Shown here piece by piece: positions 24,956 through 25,047 of a DNA stretch of 25,047 bases (positions within the stretch are counted from its first letter, which is position 1; each line of letters starts with the position of its first letter). The notes beneath the pieces are model-generated. The model saw only the letters and a list, made by a program, of their open reading frames with translations. It had not been told where the DNA came from and searched no databases. Source of the DNA: a virus (Duplodnaviria; Caudoviricetes). The DNA is taken from IMG/VR virus record IMGVR_UViG_3300020162_000027, positions 1-25,047 of that record; one strand, 5' to 3'. A program made the translations under genes and the position numbers.

Positions 24956-25047
24956 TTATAGACTCCTATAGTAATTATAAATTGCTTTTGAATATTTGTC
25001 AAGCGTAGTTCCTTCTAATCCTGGGGCAGTATTAATTTCGAATACAA
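24956..25047 (-). CDS. C-terminal fragment of an ATP-grasp (RimK-like) ligase, truncated by the window edge
   Basis: Hand-translated ...VFEINTAPGLEGTTLDKYSKAIYNYYRSL*; E-x-N-x-x-P-G is the ATP-grasp metal-binding motif. Confidence 0.75.
   Translation of the reverse strand, partial: VFEINTAPGLEGTTLDKYSKAIYNYYRSL
24974..25002 (-). promoter_or_regulatory. Perfect-consensus sigma70 promoter embedded in the 3' end of the ATP-grasp gene
   Basis: TTGACA (25002-24997), 17-nt spacer AATATTCAAAAGCAATT, TATAAT (24979-24974), then AGGAG and ATG at 24953. Confidence 0.85.

Noticed and set aside
1-25047. tRNA, rRNA, CRISPR array, integrase/att site, DGR or cobalamin riboswitch
   Set aside because: None seen by eye. 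Intergenic gaps are nearly all too short and the nrdJ leader is only about 13 nt. A covariance-model scan would be needed to exclude small RNAs.

Overview
This window is a 25 kb piece of an AT-rich, lytic-looking podovirus-type dsDNA phage genome with two convergent arms that meet at an intrinsic terminator near 12,100. The left arm (+ strand) is a P22-like virion module: an SprT-like protease, a holin-like protein, a gp4-like adaptor, a gp10-like hub, a gp14/GNAT-like protein, a gp7-like ejection protein with a peptidase S74 domain, a gp20-like protein, a 1762-aa ejection protein with lysozyme and HExxH domains, and a small fibre/needle-like protein. The right arm (- strand) is a T7-like replication and nucleotide module: the C-terminus of an ATP-grasp ligase, separate primase and DnaB helicase genes, a family A DNA polymerase split into two genes, SSB, a 5'-3' exonuclease, an HNH nuclease, a DnaQ-like exonuclease, DUF3310, an AT-rich cassette with two 2OG-Fe(II) oxygenases, and a class II (B12-dependent) ribonucleotide reductase. 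The main find is missing from the ORF track: a lone antisense 23-aa pqqA gene (PQQ precursor peptide, [23 protein letters not shown], 24066-24137) with its own RBS and downstream hairpin. It points to a methylotroph (Methylophilaceae-like) host and a minimal auxiliary metabolic gene. Also notable are three near-perfect sigma70 promoters sharing a CAAAAGC-type spacer motif, a probable ATA start codon and a probable leaderless gene. All family calls come from recognising motifs by eye; no database searches were run.
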